From NCBI GenBank assembly GCA_001113365.1, contig CKYA01000002.1: a stretch of DNA of 32,000 nucleotides; one strand, 5' to 3'. The DNA is from Streptococcus pneumoniae. GTDB lineage: Bacteria > Bacillota > Bacilli > Lactobacillales > Streptococcaceae. Within the stretch, counting starts at the first letter, position 1. Each line of letters starts with the position of its first letter. Below, one piece after another: positions 10,998 through 20,268 of this stretch. The notes under the pieces were generated by a model that worked only from the letters and a program-made list of their open reading frames with translations, was not told where the DNA came from and ran no database searches. A program made the translations under genes and the position numbers.

Positions 10998-11135
10998 CTT
11001 GCATCCTTTCGTGAAATGATGATTTTTAGTCTGTTCTATTTTACCATATTTTCCTATAAATAAGGGAGGGAAAGATGAAAAAAGACAGGTATAGGATGGA
11101 GAACGGATTTTGATGATGATTTATTTGAAAAGCGG

Positions 11136-11164
11136 ATTTCAAAGGGGAAAATATATGGTACAAT
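11136..11164 (+). promoter_or_regulatory. candidate promoter of the small toxin-like transcript
   Basis: TTTCAA (11137-11142), 16-nt spacer, TACAAT (11159-11164). Confidence 0.55.
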
Positions 11165-11263
11165 AGTTTAACAGAGAAGTGAAGACGGTGGTTACGAAAT
11201 CGAAAGGATGGTGATGCTTATGTGCAGAACCTGTAAAATCTTAGTAGAAAGGAGTAACCAGAT

Positions 11264-11365
11264 TTGTCACCCTTTGAGGCTTTGACGCTCATGTTTGTAG
11301 TTGGTAACTTTGTTATCACGCTCCTGAAGTTCATCCTTGAATTGGTAAAAGAGACAAAAAAATAG
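11264..11365 (+). CDS. small hydrophobic holin-like / type I toxin-like peptide (33 aa, TTG start)
   Basis: Hand translation gives M(TTG)SPFEALTLMFVVGNFVITLLKFILELVKETKK*. AAAGGAG at 11248-11254 is correctly spaced from TTG. One predicted TM segment followed by a Lys/Glu tail. The ORF is below the 60-aa cutoff of the supplied track. Confidence 0.72.
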   Translation: MSPFEALTLMFVVGNFVITLLKFILELVKETKK

Positions 11366-11401
11366 CCGTCCTAACTTTGGCGAGTTAACGAGCTATTTTT
11401 T
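11356..11401. terminator. bidirectional terminator-like hairpin overlapping the toxin-like ORF stop codon
   Basis: AAAAAATAGC (11357-11366) pairs with GCTATTTTTT (11392-11401). The inner stem is TAACT/AGTTA around TTGGCG. Confidence 0.75.
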
Positions 11402-11441
11402 AGTTATGTAATTACAGCCACCGTCTTAAACGGCTCTGTAG

Positions 11442-11466
11442 GGTGTTGTTGACGCAACACCTTTTT
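11442..11466 (+). terminator. intrinsic terminator (would form the 5' hairpin of the antisense RNA)
   Basis: GGTGTTG (11442-11448), TTGACG loop, CAACACC (11455-11461), then TTTTT. Confidence 0.75.
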
Positions 11467-11545
11467 CTATATTCATTGTAACATTTATTTTAAAAATTGC
11501 AAGGGGAATTGTTCTACTTTAGCAGTATCTGATATAAAATAGAAA

Positions 11546-11574
11546 TTGAAAAAAATGCTAAAATCCGATATAAT
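11546..11574 (+). promoter_or_regulatory. prfC promoter
   Basis: TTGAAA (11546-11551), 17-nt spacer, TATAAT (11569-11574). Confidence 0.75.
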
Positions 11575-11663
11575 GGAGTGTTGAAAGGAATGGTACAATC
11601 CAATGTAAAAATCATTCTGAACTATTGAAACAAGAAAAATAGAGAATCAAAGAAAGAGAACTT

Positions 11664-13208
11664 ATGAATATTCAAGAAGAAATTAAGAAACGTCGTACCT
11701 TTGCCATCATCTCCCACCCGGACGCGGGGAAAACAACCATCACTGAGCAATTGCTCTACTTTGGGGGCGAGATTCGTGAGGCTGGTACCGTAAAAGGAAA
11801 GAAAACAGGGACTTTTGCCAAGTCTGACTGGATGGATATCGAGAAACAACGTGGGATTTCGGTTACTTCATCTGTGATGCAGTTTGACTACGATGGTAAG
11901 CGCGTCAACATCCTCGACACTCCAGGGCACGAGGACTTTTCAGAAGATACCTATCGGACCTTGATGGCGGTGGATGCTGCGGTCATGGTCGTGGACTCTG
12001 CCAAGGGTATCGAGGCGCAGACAAAGAAATTGTTTGAGGTTGTGAAACATCGTGGCATTCCAGTCTTTACCTTTATGAACAAGCTGGATCGTGACGGTCG
12101 TGAGCCACTGGACCTCTTGCAAGAATTGGAAGAAGTCTTGGGCATTGCGAGCTATCCGATGAACTGGCCAATTGGGATGGGGAAAGCCTTTGAAGGTTTG
12201 TATGACCTCTATAACCAACGCTTGGAGCTCTACAAAGGGGATGAGCGTTTTGCCAGTCTAGAAGATGGGGACAAGCTTTTTGGAACCAATCCTTTCTACG
12301 AGCAAGTCAAAGATGATATTGAACTTTTGAATGAAGCTGGGAATGAGTTTTCAGAGGAAGCTATTCTGGCTGGAGAATTGACACCTGTCTTTTTCGGTTC
12401 AGCTTTGACGAACTTTGGTGTGCAGACCTTCCTTGAAACCTTCCTCAAGTTTGCTCCAGAACCACATGGGCACAAGAAAACAGATGGAGAAATTGTGGAT
12501 CCTTACGACAAGGATTTCTCAGGCTTTGTCTTTAAAATCCAAGCCAACATGGATCCTCGTCACCGCGACCGGATCGCCTTTGTCCGTATCGTATCAGGCG
12601 AATTTGAGCGTGGGATGAGTGTCAACCTGCCTCGTACTGGTAAGGGGGCTAAACTGTCTAATGTTACTCAGTTTATGGCGGAAAGTCGTGAGAATGTGAC
12701 CAATGCTGTGGCAGGAGATATCATTGGTGTTTACGATACAGGTACTTATCAAGTTGGAGATACCTTGACAGTTGGCAAAAACAAGTTTGAGTTTGAACCG
12801 CTGCCAACCTTTACGCCTGAGATTTTCATGAAAGTTTCTGCTAAGAACGTCATGAAGCAAAAATCCTTCCACAAGGGGATTGAGCAATTGGTGCAAGAGG
12901 GGGCTATTCAGCTTTATAAGAATTACCAAACAGGCGAGTACATGCTGGGAGCTGTTGGTCAGCTCCAGTTTGAAGTCTTTAAACACCGTATGGAAGGCGA
13001 GTATAACGCAGAAGTTGTCATGAGCCCGATGGGTAAAAAGACCGTTCGTTGGATCAAGCCAGAAGACTTGGATGAACGGATGTCATCAAGTCGCAATATC
13101 TTGGCCAAAGACCGCTTTGACCAACCAGTCTTTCTCTTTGAAAATGACTTTGCCCTCCGCTGGTTTGCGGACAAGTATCCAGATGTAGAGTTAGAGGAGA
13201 AAATGTAA
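11664..13208 (+). CDS. prfC: peptide chain release factor 3
   Basis: [39 protein letters not shown] and [16 protein letters not shown] GTPase motifs of RF3. Confidence 0.97.
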   Translation: MNIQEEIKKRRTFAIISHPDAGKTTITEQLLYFGGEIREAGTVKGKKTGTFAKSDWMDIEKQRGISVTSSVMQFDYDGKRVNILDTPGHEDFSEDTYRTLMAVDAAVMVVDSAKGIEAQTKKLFEVVKHRGIPVFTFMNKLDRDGREPLDLLQELEEVLGIASYPMNWPIGMGKAFEGLYDLYNQRLELYKGDERFASLEDGDKLFGTNPFYEQVKDDIELLNEAGNEFSEEAILAGELTPVFFGSALTNFGVQTFLETFLKFAPEPHGHKKTDGEIVDPYDKDFSGFVFKIQANMDPRHRDRIAFVRIVSGEFERGMSVNLPRTGKGAKLSNVTQFMAESRENVTNAVAGDIIGVYDTGTYQVGDTLTVGKNKFEFEPLPTFTPEIFMKVSAKNVMKQKSFHKGIEQLVQEGAIQLYKNYQTGEYMLGAVGQLQFEVFKHRMEGEYNAEVVMSPMGKKTVRWIKPEDLDERMSSSRNILAKDRFDQPVFLFENDFALRWFADKYPDVELEEKM

Positions 13209-13536
13209 ATCGTTACAAATGACTAGCAACATAAAGTTGCTGTCATTTGACGGTAACCGCTATGGCGGTTTACCTAAACGCTTCACTAGGAAAAATCCAC
13301 GAATATTATCGATTCGTGGACTTTTCCGTCGTAGATAGATAGAAAAGGGTAACTGCCTTACTAACTACGTTTGGCAAATGAAATCGATTTGCAAAACTCC
13401 GTGTCGTAATGTGAAAATCGTAAACCGTAATGGGACTTCAATTAAAATCTCCACTGCTATGGTTTTACGAACGAATAGGCGAAAATAATGGTTACGTAGA
13501 AACATATGATGGGAATAAAAAGAAATGAGATAAAAA

Positions 13537-13940
13537 GTGAAAGAAGAGAAAAAAGCGATTGTCTTAGGTGCAGATAATGCTTATATGGATAAAGTTGAAA
13601 CAACAATAAAATCCTTGTGTGTTCATTATGATAATCGGAAGTTTTATATTTTTAATGATGATCTTCCGATTGACAGTAGTATTCTGAAAGATTATCGTTT
13701 GCCCTTTGAGGGACTTTCTTACGCTACCTTCTTTAGGTATTTTATTCCAAAGTATGTAAGTGAGGTTCGTGTACTGTATTTAGACTCGGATATTATCGTA
13801 AGAAAACAGATAGATGAGCTGTGGGACTTGGACTTGACAGGCATCTCCTTAGTAGCAGTTAGAGATGATTTTTATACACATATTTTCAATGCTGTTTTTT
13901 GTTAATCAACAATGATATGTGAAGAGCAGAAAATGTCACG
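13537..13940 (+). pseudogene. glycosyltransferase family 8-like remnant (frameshifted, nonsense mutation, 3' truncated)
   Basis: GT8-like start (KKAIVLGADNAYMDKVETTIKSLCVHY...RVLYLDSDIIVRKQIDELWDLDL), ORF ends at 13905 (FNAVFC*). Shifting frame at ~13894 recovers LLINNDM-(TGA)-RAENVT, as expected for a GT8 continuation such as FNAGVLLINNxxW. Confidence 0.82.
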
Positions 13941-13951
13941 TAAAATCTGAT

Positions 13952-14164
13952 TTAAGACACAAATAAAAAAGCTTCCAATTCTCTGTTTCCGTGTCTGAAG
14001 GCTTCTTTTCCTTTCTGTTGATAAGCTAGTAGCAGACGATTGATTTGTCTTTCAGAAAGATTCAGTTCGACACAGGCTCGATTCTTTGTTTTCTTTCCTT
14101 GGGCTATAGCTTTTATCACAAGATATTTTTTCGTTTCATTCATATTTAGTTGGATCCTTTTCAT
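13952..14164 (-). pseudogene. transposase N-terminal fragment (helix-turn-helix; possibly ISNCY/IS1202-like)
   Basis: MNETKKYLVIKAIAQGKKTKNRACVELNLSERQINRLLLAYQQKGKEAFRHGNR, then abrupt loss of similarity and a stop. The full catalytic domain is absent. Confidence 0.65.
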
Positions 14165-14259
14165 ATGACTATTCTACCAAATGGGACATTTTCACGTTCG
14201 ATTTACTAAAGACATTATCACATTCGAATCACAATAAATAAAAAAATCTTCCAATTCCC

Positions 14260-14288
14260 TTGCAAAAATGAAGAAAGTGTGATAACAT
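14260..14288 (+). promoter_or_regulatory. rpmB promoter
   Basis: TTGCAA (14260-14265), 17-nt spacer, TAACAT (14283-14288). Confidence 0.5.
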
Positions 14289-14346
14289 AGTACGGTATGT
14301 GGTGCTAGCACATCCGCTATATTAGATCTAATAGGAGGAAAACACA

Positions 14347-14535
14347 ATGGCTAAAGTATGTTACTTTACAGGTCGTAAGACTGTATCAGGAAACAACCGT
14401 TCACACGCGATGAACCAAACAAAACGTGCCGTAAAACCAAACCTTCAAAAAGTTACTGTTCTTATCGATGGTAAACCTAAAAAAGTTTGGGCTTCAGCTC
14501 GTGCTTTGAAATCAGGTAAAGTTGAACGCGTTTAA
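14347..14535 (+). CDS. rpmB: 50S ribosomal protein L28
   Basis: [62 protein letters not shown]. Confidence 0.97.
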   Translation: MAKVCYFTGRKTVSGNNRSHAMNQTKRAVKPNLQKVTVLIDGKPKKVWASARALKSGKVERV

Positions 14536-14550
14536 TATATAAAAGTAAGG

Positions 14551-14570
14551 AGACCTTAGGGTCTTTTTTC
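14551..14570 (+). terminator. rpmB intrinsic terminator
   Basis: AGACC-TTAG-GGTCT followed by TTTTTTC. Confidence 0.7.
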
Positions 14571-14691
14571 TTTTACTGTAGGTATAAAATCATTTGAAAA
14601 ATAGAGTAAATATCCGCTGATACAGTATTCTGCTTTTACACTTGGGCTGAAATATGATAAAATAGAGTATCAACTAGTTGAGGTAAAAAGG

Positions 14692-15057
14692 ATGACTGTA
14701 AAAATTAATACAAAAGATGGTCAAATCGAACTAACAGATGAAGTGATTGCAACCGTCGTAGGTGGAGCAGCAACTGAAATTTTTGGTGTGGTCGGTATGG
14801 CTAGTAAAAATGCCCTCAAAGATAATTTTCAAGCCCTTCTAGGTAAGGAAAATTATTCTAAAGGTGTCGTCGTAAAGGCAGCCGAAGATGGCAGCATTGC
14901 AGTTGATGTGTATACCGTGTTGAGCTACGGAACAAAGATTAGTGAAGTGTCAAAAAACATTCAAGAGCGTGTTGCCTTTAGCTTGGAAAACCAGCTTGGA
15001 ATCACTGCTCAGACTGTAAATGTCTACATTCAAAATATCAAAGTTGTAGGAGAATAA
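14692..15057 (+). CDS. Asp23/Gls24 family protein (second copy in window), upstream of the DAK kinase
   Basis: GQIELTDEVIATVVGGAATEIFGVVGMASKNALKDNFQALLG and YGTKISEVSKNIQERVAFSLENQLGITAQTVNVYIQNIKVV. Confidence 0.93.
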   Translation: MTVKINTKDGQIELTDEVIATVVGGAATEIFGVVGMASKNALKDNFQALLGKENYSKGVVVKAAEDGSIAVDVYTVLSYGTKISEVSKNIQERVAFSLENQLGITAQTVNVYIQNIKVVGE

Positions 15058-15059
15058 CC

Positions 15060-16727
15060 GTGTCAAAAATTACTACTAGCTTATTTCAAGAAATGGTGCA
15101 GGCTGCATCAACTCGCTTGAATAAGCAAGCTGAATATGTCAATTCATTAAACGTCTTCCCCGTTCCAGATGGAGATACTGGAACAAACATGGGAATGACC
15201 ATTGAAAATGGTGCTAAAGAAGTTGCAGACAAGCCAGCTTCTACAGTTGGCGAGGTAGCGAGCATTCTTGCTAAAGGGCTTTTGATGGGTGCGCGAGGGA
15301 ACTCAGGAGTTATTACGTCTCAGCTTTTCCGTGGATTTTCACAAGCTATCAAGGATAAAGACGAGTTAACAGGTCAAGACTTGGCCCTTGCTTTCCAATC
15401 AGGTGTGGAAGTTGCCTACAAGGCAGTTATGAAACCAGTTGAAGGAACGATTTTGACAGTTTCTCGTGGGGCTGCTATCGGTGCTAAGAAAAAAGCTGAG
15501 CAAACAGATGACGCTGTTGAAGTCATGCGCGCAGCCTTGGAAGGTGCTAAAACAGCTCTAGCTAAAACGCCAGACATGCTTCCAGTCTTGAAGGAAGTTG
15601 GCGTTGTGGACTCAGGTGGTCAAGGATTGGTCTTTATCTACGAAGGTTTCCTTTCTGCCCTTACTGGTGAATATATTGCATCTGAGGACTTTGTAGCGAC
15701 TCCTGCCAATATGAGTGAAATGATCAATGCAGAGCACCACAAGTCTGTGGCTGGTCATGTGGCGACTGAGGACATCAACTTTGGTTACTGTACTGAAATC
15801 ATGGTAGCTCTTAAGCAAGGTCCAACCTATGCCAAAGATTTTGACTACGATGAATTCCGTAACTACTTGAATGAACTTGGAGATTCTCTCCTCGTTGTCA
15901 ATGATGATGAAATCGTCAAAGTCCATGTCCATACAGAAGATCCAGGACTTGTCATGCAAGAAGGTCTCAAATATGGTAGCTTGGTCAAGGTAAAAGTTGA
16001 CAATATGCGTAATCAACACGAAGCACAGGTTGAGAAAGAAGCTACTCAAGTTATCAAGTCGGCTGAAGAAAAAGAGTATGCTTTGATTGCTGTGGTGGCT
16101 GGTAAAGGTCTAGCAGATATCTTCTGTTCTCAAGGCGTGGATTATGTTATCGAAGGCGGTCAAACCATGAACCCTTCAACAGAAGACTTTATCAAGGCTG
16201 TTGAACAGGTCAATGCCCGTAACATCATCTTCTTGCCAAACAACAAGAACATCTTCATGGCAGCTCAATCTGCGGCAGAAGTTTTGGAGCAACCAGCAGT
16301 AGTGGTAGAGGCTCGCACTCTTCCTCAAGGTATGACAAGTCTTCTTGCCTTTGATCCAAGCAAGTCCATTGAAGAAAACCAAGAGCGTATGACAGCTGCT
16401 CTTAGCGATGTTGTTAGCGGAAGCGTCACAACAGCCGTGCGTGATACAACGATCGATGGCTTAGAAATCCATGAAAACGATAATCTTGGTATGGTGGATG
16501 GGAAAATCCTTGTGTCAAACCCTGATATGCACCAAACCTTGACAGAAACCTTGAAACATATGTTGGATGAAGATAGTGAAATCGTAACCTTCTATGTCGG
16601 TGAAGACGGAAGCGAAGAACTTGCCAATGAAATCGCTCAAGAAATCGTAGAAGAATTCGAAGACGTTGAAGTCGAGATTCACCAAGGTCAACAACCTGTT
16701 TACCCATACCTATTTAGTGTGGAATAA
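15060..16727 (+). CDS. fakA: DAK1/DegV-like kinase domain protein, fatty acid kinase FakA/YloV family
   Basis: NVFPVPDGDTGTNMGMTI, GLLMGARGNSGVITSQLFRG and KEVGVVDSGGQGLVFIYEGFLSAL. Confidence 0.85.
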   Translation: MSKITTSLFQEMVQAASTRLNKQAEYVNSLNVFPVPDGDTGTNMGMTIENGAKEVADKPASTVGEVASILAKGLLMGARGNSGVITSQLFRGFSQAIKDKDELTGQDLALAFQSGVEVAYKAVMKPVEGTILTVSRGAAIGAKKKAEQTDDAVEVMRAALEGAKTALAKTPDMLPVLKEVGVVDSGGQGLVFIYEGFLSALTGEYIASEDFVATPANMSEMINAEHHKSVAGHVATEDINFGYCTEIMVALKQGPTYAKDFDYDEFRNYLNELGDSLLVVNDDEIVKVHVHTEDPGLVMQEGLKYGSLVKVKVDNMRNQHEAQVEKEATQVIKSAEEKEYALIAVVAGKGLADIFCSQGVDYVIEGGQTMNPSTEDFIKAVEQVNARNIIFLPNNKNIFMAAQSAAEVLEQPAVVVEARTLPQGMTSLLAFDPSKSIEENQERMTAALSDVVSGSVTTAVRDTTIDGLEIHENDNLGMVDGKILVSNPDMHQTLTETLKHMLDEDSEIVTFYVGEDGSEELANEIAQEIVEEFEDVEVEIHQGQQPVYPYLFSVE

Positions 16728-16737
16728 GATTAATGAA

Positions 16738-16762
16738 GGACTGAGAAATCAGTTCTTTTTTC
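16738..16762 (+). terminator. intrinsic terminator after the fakA-like gene
   Basis: GGACTGA-GAAA-TCAGTTC followed by TTTTTT. Confidence 0.75.
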
Positions 16763-16834
16763 TTTTTTAGTAAATGAAATCGGTATCTTTTTAATAAAAA
16801 TAAAAATAACATTCATAAATAAACGTTAAAATAG

Positions 16835-16849
16835 AAAATTCAGAAAATT
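16835..16849 (+). promoter_or_regulatory. candidate CodY box upstream of ilvB
   Basis: AAAATTCAGAAAATT matches the CodY consensus AATTTTCWGAAAATT at 13 of 15 positions. Confidence 0.7.
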
Positions 16850-16861
16850 TCTTCTTTTGTC

Positions 16862-16889
16862 TTGAAAATTTTTGAAAAAATGGTATGAT
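16862..16889 (+). promoter_or_regulatory. ilvB promoter
   Basis: TTGAAA (16862-16867), 16-nt spacer, TATGAT (16884-16889). Confidence 0.65.
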
Positions 16890-16927
16890 AGTAACAAGTT
16901 ATTTTTAAGAGAAAAGAACGGGGAACA

Positions 16928-18628
16928 ATGGAGAAAATCAGTTTAGAATCTCCTAAGACGGGGTCGGACCTAGTTTTGGAAACACTTCGTGATTTAGGAG
17001 TTGATACCATCTTTGGTTATCCTGGTGGTGCGGTTTTGCCTTTTTATGATGCGATATATAATTTTAAAGGCATTCGCCACATTCTAGGGCGCCATGAGCA
17101 AGGTTGTTTGCATGAAGCTGAAGGTTATGCCAAATCAACTGGAAAGTTGGGTGTTGCCGTCGTCACTAGTGGACCAGGAGCAACCAATGCCATTACAGGG
17201 ATTGCGGATGCCATGAGTGATAGTGTTCCTCTTTTGGTCTTTACAGGTCAGGTAGGGCGAGCAGGGATTGGGAAAGATGCCTTTCAGGAGGCAGACATCG
17301 TGGGAATTACCATGCCAATCACTAAATACAATTACCAAGTTCGTGAGACAGCTGATATTCCGCGTATCATTACGGAAGCTGTCCATATCGCAACTACAGG
17401 CCGTCCAGGGCCAGTTGTCATTGACCTACCTAAAGACGTATCTGCTTTAGAAACAGACTTTATCTATTCACCAGAAGTCAATCTACCAAGCTATCAGCCG
17501 ACTCTTGAGCCAAATGATATGCAAATCAAGAAAATCTTGAAGCAATTATCCAAGGCTAAAAAGCCAGTCTTGTTAGCTGGTGGTGGGATTAGTTATGCTG
17601 AAGCTGCTGCGGAACTAAATGAATTTGCAGAACGCTATCAAATTCCAGTGGTAACCAGCCTTTTGGGTCAAGGTACGATTGCAACGAGTCACCCACTCTT
17701 CCTTGGAATGGGGGGGATGCACGGTTCTTTCGCAGCGAATATTGCCATGACAGAGACGGACTTTATGATTAGTATTGGCTCTCGTTTTGATGACCGTTTA
17801 ACAGGAAATCCAAAGACTTTTGCTAAGAATGCTAAGGTTGCCCACATTGATATTGACCCAGCCGAGATCGGAAAGATTATCAGTGCGGATATTCCGGTAG
17901 TTGGAGATGCTAAGAAAGCCTTGCAAATGTTGCTGGCTGAACCGACAGTTCATAACAATACTGAAAAATGGATTGAAAAAGTCACTAAAGACAAGAACCG
18001 TGTTCGTTCTTATGATAAGAAAGAACGTGTGGTTCAACCGCAAGCTGTTATTGAACGAATTGGTGAATTGACGAATGGAGATGCCATCGTGGTAACAGAC
18101 GTTGGTCAACACCAAATGTGGACAGCCCAGTATTATCCCTACCAAAATGAACGTCAGTTAGTGACTTCAGGTGGTTTAGGAACCATGGGATTTGGAATCC
18201 CAGCAGCAATCGGTGCTAAAATTGCTAACCCAGATAAGGAAGTAGTCTTGTTTGTTGGGGATGGCGGTTTCCAAATGACTAACCAGGAATTGGCTATTTT
18301 GAACATTTACAAGGTGCCAATCAAGGTGGTTATGCTGAACAACCACTCACTTGGAATGGTTCGCCAATGGCAGGAATCCTTCTATGAAGGTAGAACATCT
18401 GAGTCAGTCTTTGATACTCTTCCTGATTTCCAATTGATGGCACAAGCTTACGGTATTAAAAACTATAAGTTTGACAATCCTGAGACCTTGGCTCAAGACC
18501 TTGAAGTCATCACTGAGGATGTTCCTATGCTAATCGAAGTAGATATTTCTCGTAAGGAACAGGTGTTACCGATGGTACCAGCTGGTAAGAGTAATCATGA
18601 GATGTTGGGGGTGAAGTTCCATGCGTAG
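16928..18628 (+). CDS. ilvB: acetolactate synthase large subunit
   Basis: TPP enzyme: VDTIFGYPGGAVLPFYDAIY, RHEQGCLHEAEGYAKSTGKLGVAVVTSGPGATN and FVGDGGFQMTNQELAI. Confidence 0.97.
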   Translation: MEKISLESPKTGSDLVLETLRDLGVDTIFGYPGGAVLPFYDAIYNFKGIRHILGRHEQGCLHEAEGYAKSTGKLGVAVVTSGPGATNAITGIADAMSDSVPLLVFTGQVGRAGIGKDAFQEADIVGITMPITKYNYQVRETADIPRIITEAVHIATTGRPGPVVIDLPKDVSALETDFIYSPEVNLPSYQPTLEPNDMQIKKILKQLSKAKKPVLLAGGGISYAEAAAELNEFAERYQIPVVTSLLGQGTIATSHPLFLGMGGMHGSFAANIAMTETDFMISIGSRFDDRLTGNPKTFAKNAKVAHIDIDPAEIGKIISADIPVVGDAKKALQMLLAEPTVHNNTEKWIEKVTKDKNRVRSYDKKERVVQPQAVIERIGELTNGDAIVVTDVGQHQMWTAQYYPYQNERQLVTSGGLGTMGFGIPAAIGAKIANPDKEVVLFVGDGGFQMTNQELAILNIYKVPIKVVMLNNHSLGMVRQWQESFYEGRTSESVFDTLPDFQLMAQAYGIKNYKFDNPETLAQDLEVITEDVPMLIEVDISRKEQVLPMVPAGKSNHEMLGVKFHA

Positions 18629-19097
18629 AATGTTAACAGCAAAACTACAAAATCGTTCAGGAGTCCTCAATCGCTTTACAGGTGTTCTATCTCGTCGTCA
18701 GGTTAATATCGAAAGCATCTCTGTTGGAGCAACAGAAGATCCGAATGTATCGCGTATCACCATTATTATTGATGTAGCTTCACATGATGAAGTGGAGCAA
18801 ATCATTAAGCAACTCAATCGTCAGATTGATGTGATTCGCATTCGTGATATTACAGACAAGCCTCATTTGGAACGCGAAGTGATTTTGGTCAAGATGTCAG
18901 CGCCAGCTGAGAAGAGAGCTGAGATTTTAGCGATTATTCAACCTTTCCGTGCAACAGTGGTAGACGTAGCGCCAAGCTCGATTACCATTCAGATGACGGG
19001 AAATGCAGAAAAGAGCGAAGCCCTATTGCGAGTCATTCGCCCATACGGTATTCGCAATATTGCTCGAACGGGTGCAACTGGATTTACCCGCGATTAA
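18621..19097 (+). CDS. ilvN: acetolactate synthase small (regulatory) subunit
   Basis: ACT-domain protein MLTAKLQNRSGVLNRFTGVLSRRQVNIESISVG...; 8-nt overlap with ilvB. Confidence 0.96.
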   Translation: MRRMLTAKLQNRSGVLNRFTGVLSRRQVNIESISVGATEDPNVSRITIIIDVASHDEVEQIIKQLNRQIDVIRIRDITDKPHLEREVILVKMSAPAEKRAEILAIIQPFRATVVDVAPSSITIQMTGNAEKSEALLRVIRPYGIRNIARTGATGFTRD

Positions 19098-19129
19098 AAA
19101 TCCAACTTAAATTTGTTAAACCAGCCTAA

Positions 19130-20185
<1,056 letters not shown>

Positions 20186-20268
20186 TTAGAAAGCAAAGAA
20201 TTTTGCTAAAATAGTAGCTTCAGCTATTCGTGGGATATTAGATGTACTTATTTAGGAGTTGAAATCAT

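Larger units (their letters stand above)
11356..11468 (-). ncRNA. candidate cis-antisense antitoxin RNA, convergent to and overlapping the 3' part of the toxin-like gene
   Basis: Minus-strand promoter TTGCAA (11502-11497), 16-nt spacer, TACAAT (11080-offset position 11480-11475) reading leftwards. It would terminate at the AAAAAATAGC (11357-11366) / GCTATTTTTT (11392-11401) hairpin. Confidence 0.6.

Noticed and set aside
10744-11019. 91-aa + strand ORF antisense to gatC
   Set aside because: It is complementary to gatC, which is clearly coding.
11264-11365. Assignment of the 33-aa peptide to canonical Fst
   Set aside because: It lacks the usual short N-terminus-TM-charged-tail pattern recalled for Fst. 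The N-terminal xSxFEALTLM is closer to holin-like toxin peptides, so only the gene organisation is compared with Fst.
15612-16049. Antisense ORFs in the fakA-like gene (15612-16049, 16176-16382, 16426-16707)
   Set aside because: The sense strand encodes a full-length conserved protein, so these are shadow ORFs.
16740-16927. T-box or leader-peptide attenuator upstream of ilvB
   Set aside because: There is no T-box motif, no specifier loop and no branched-chain codon run. The predicted leader is too short.
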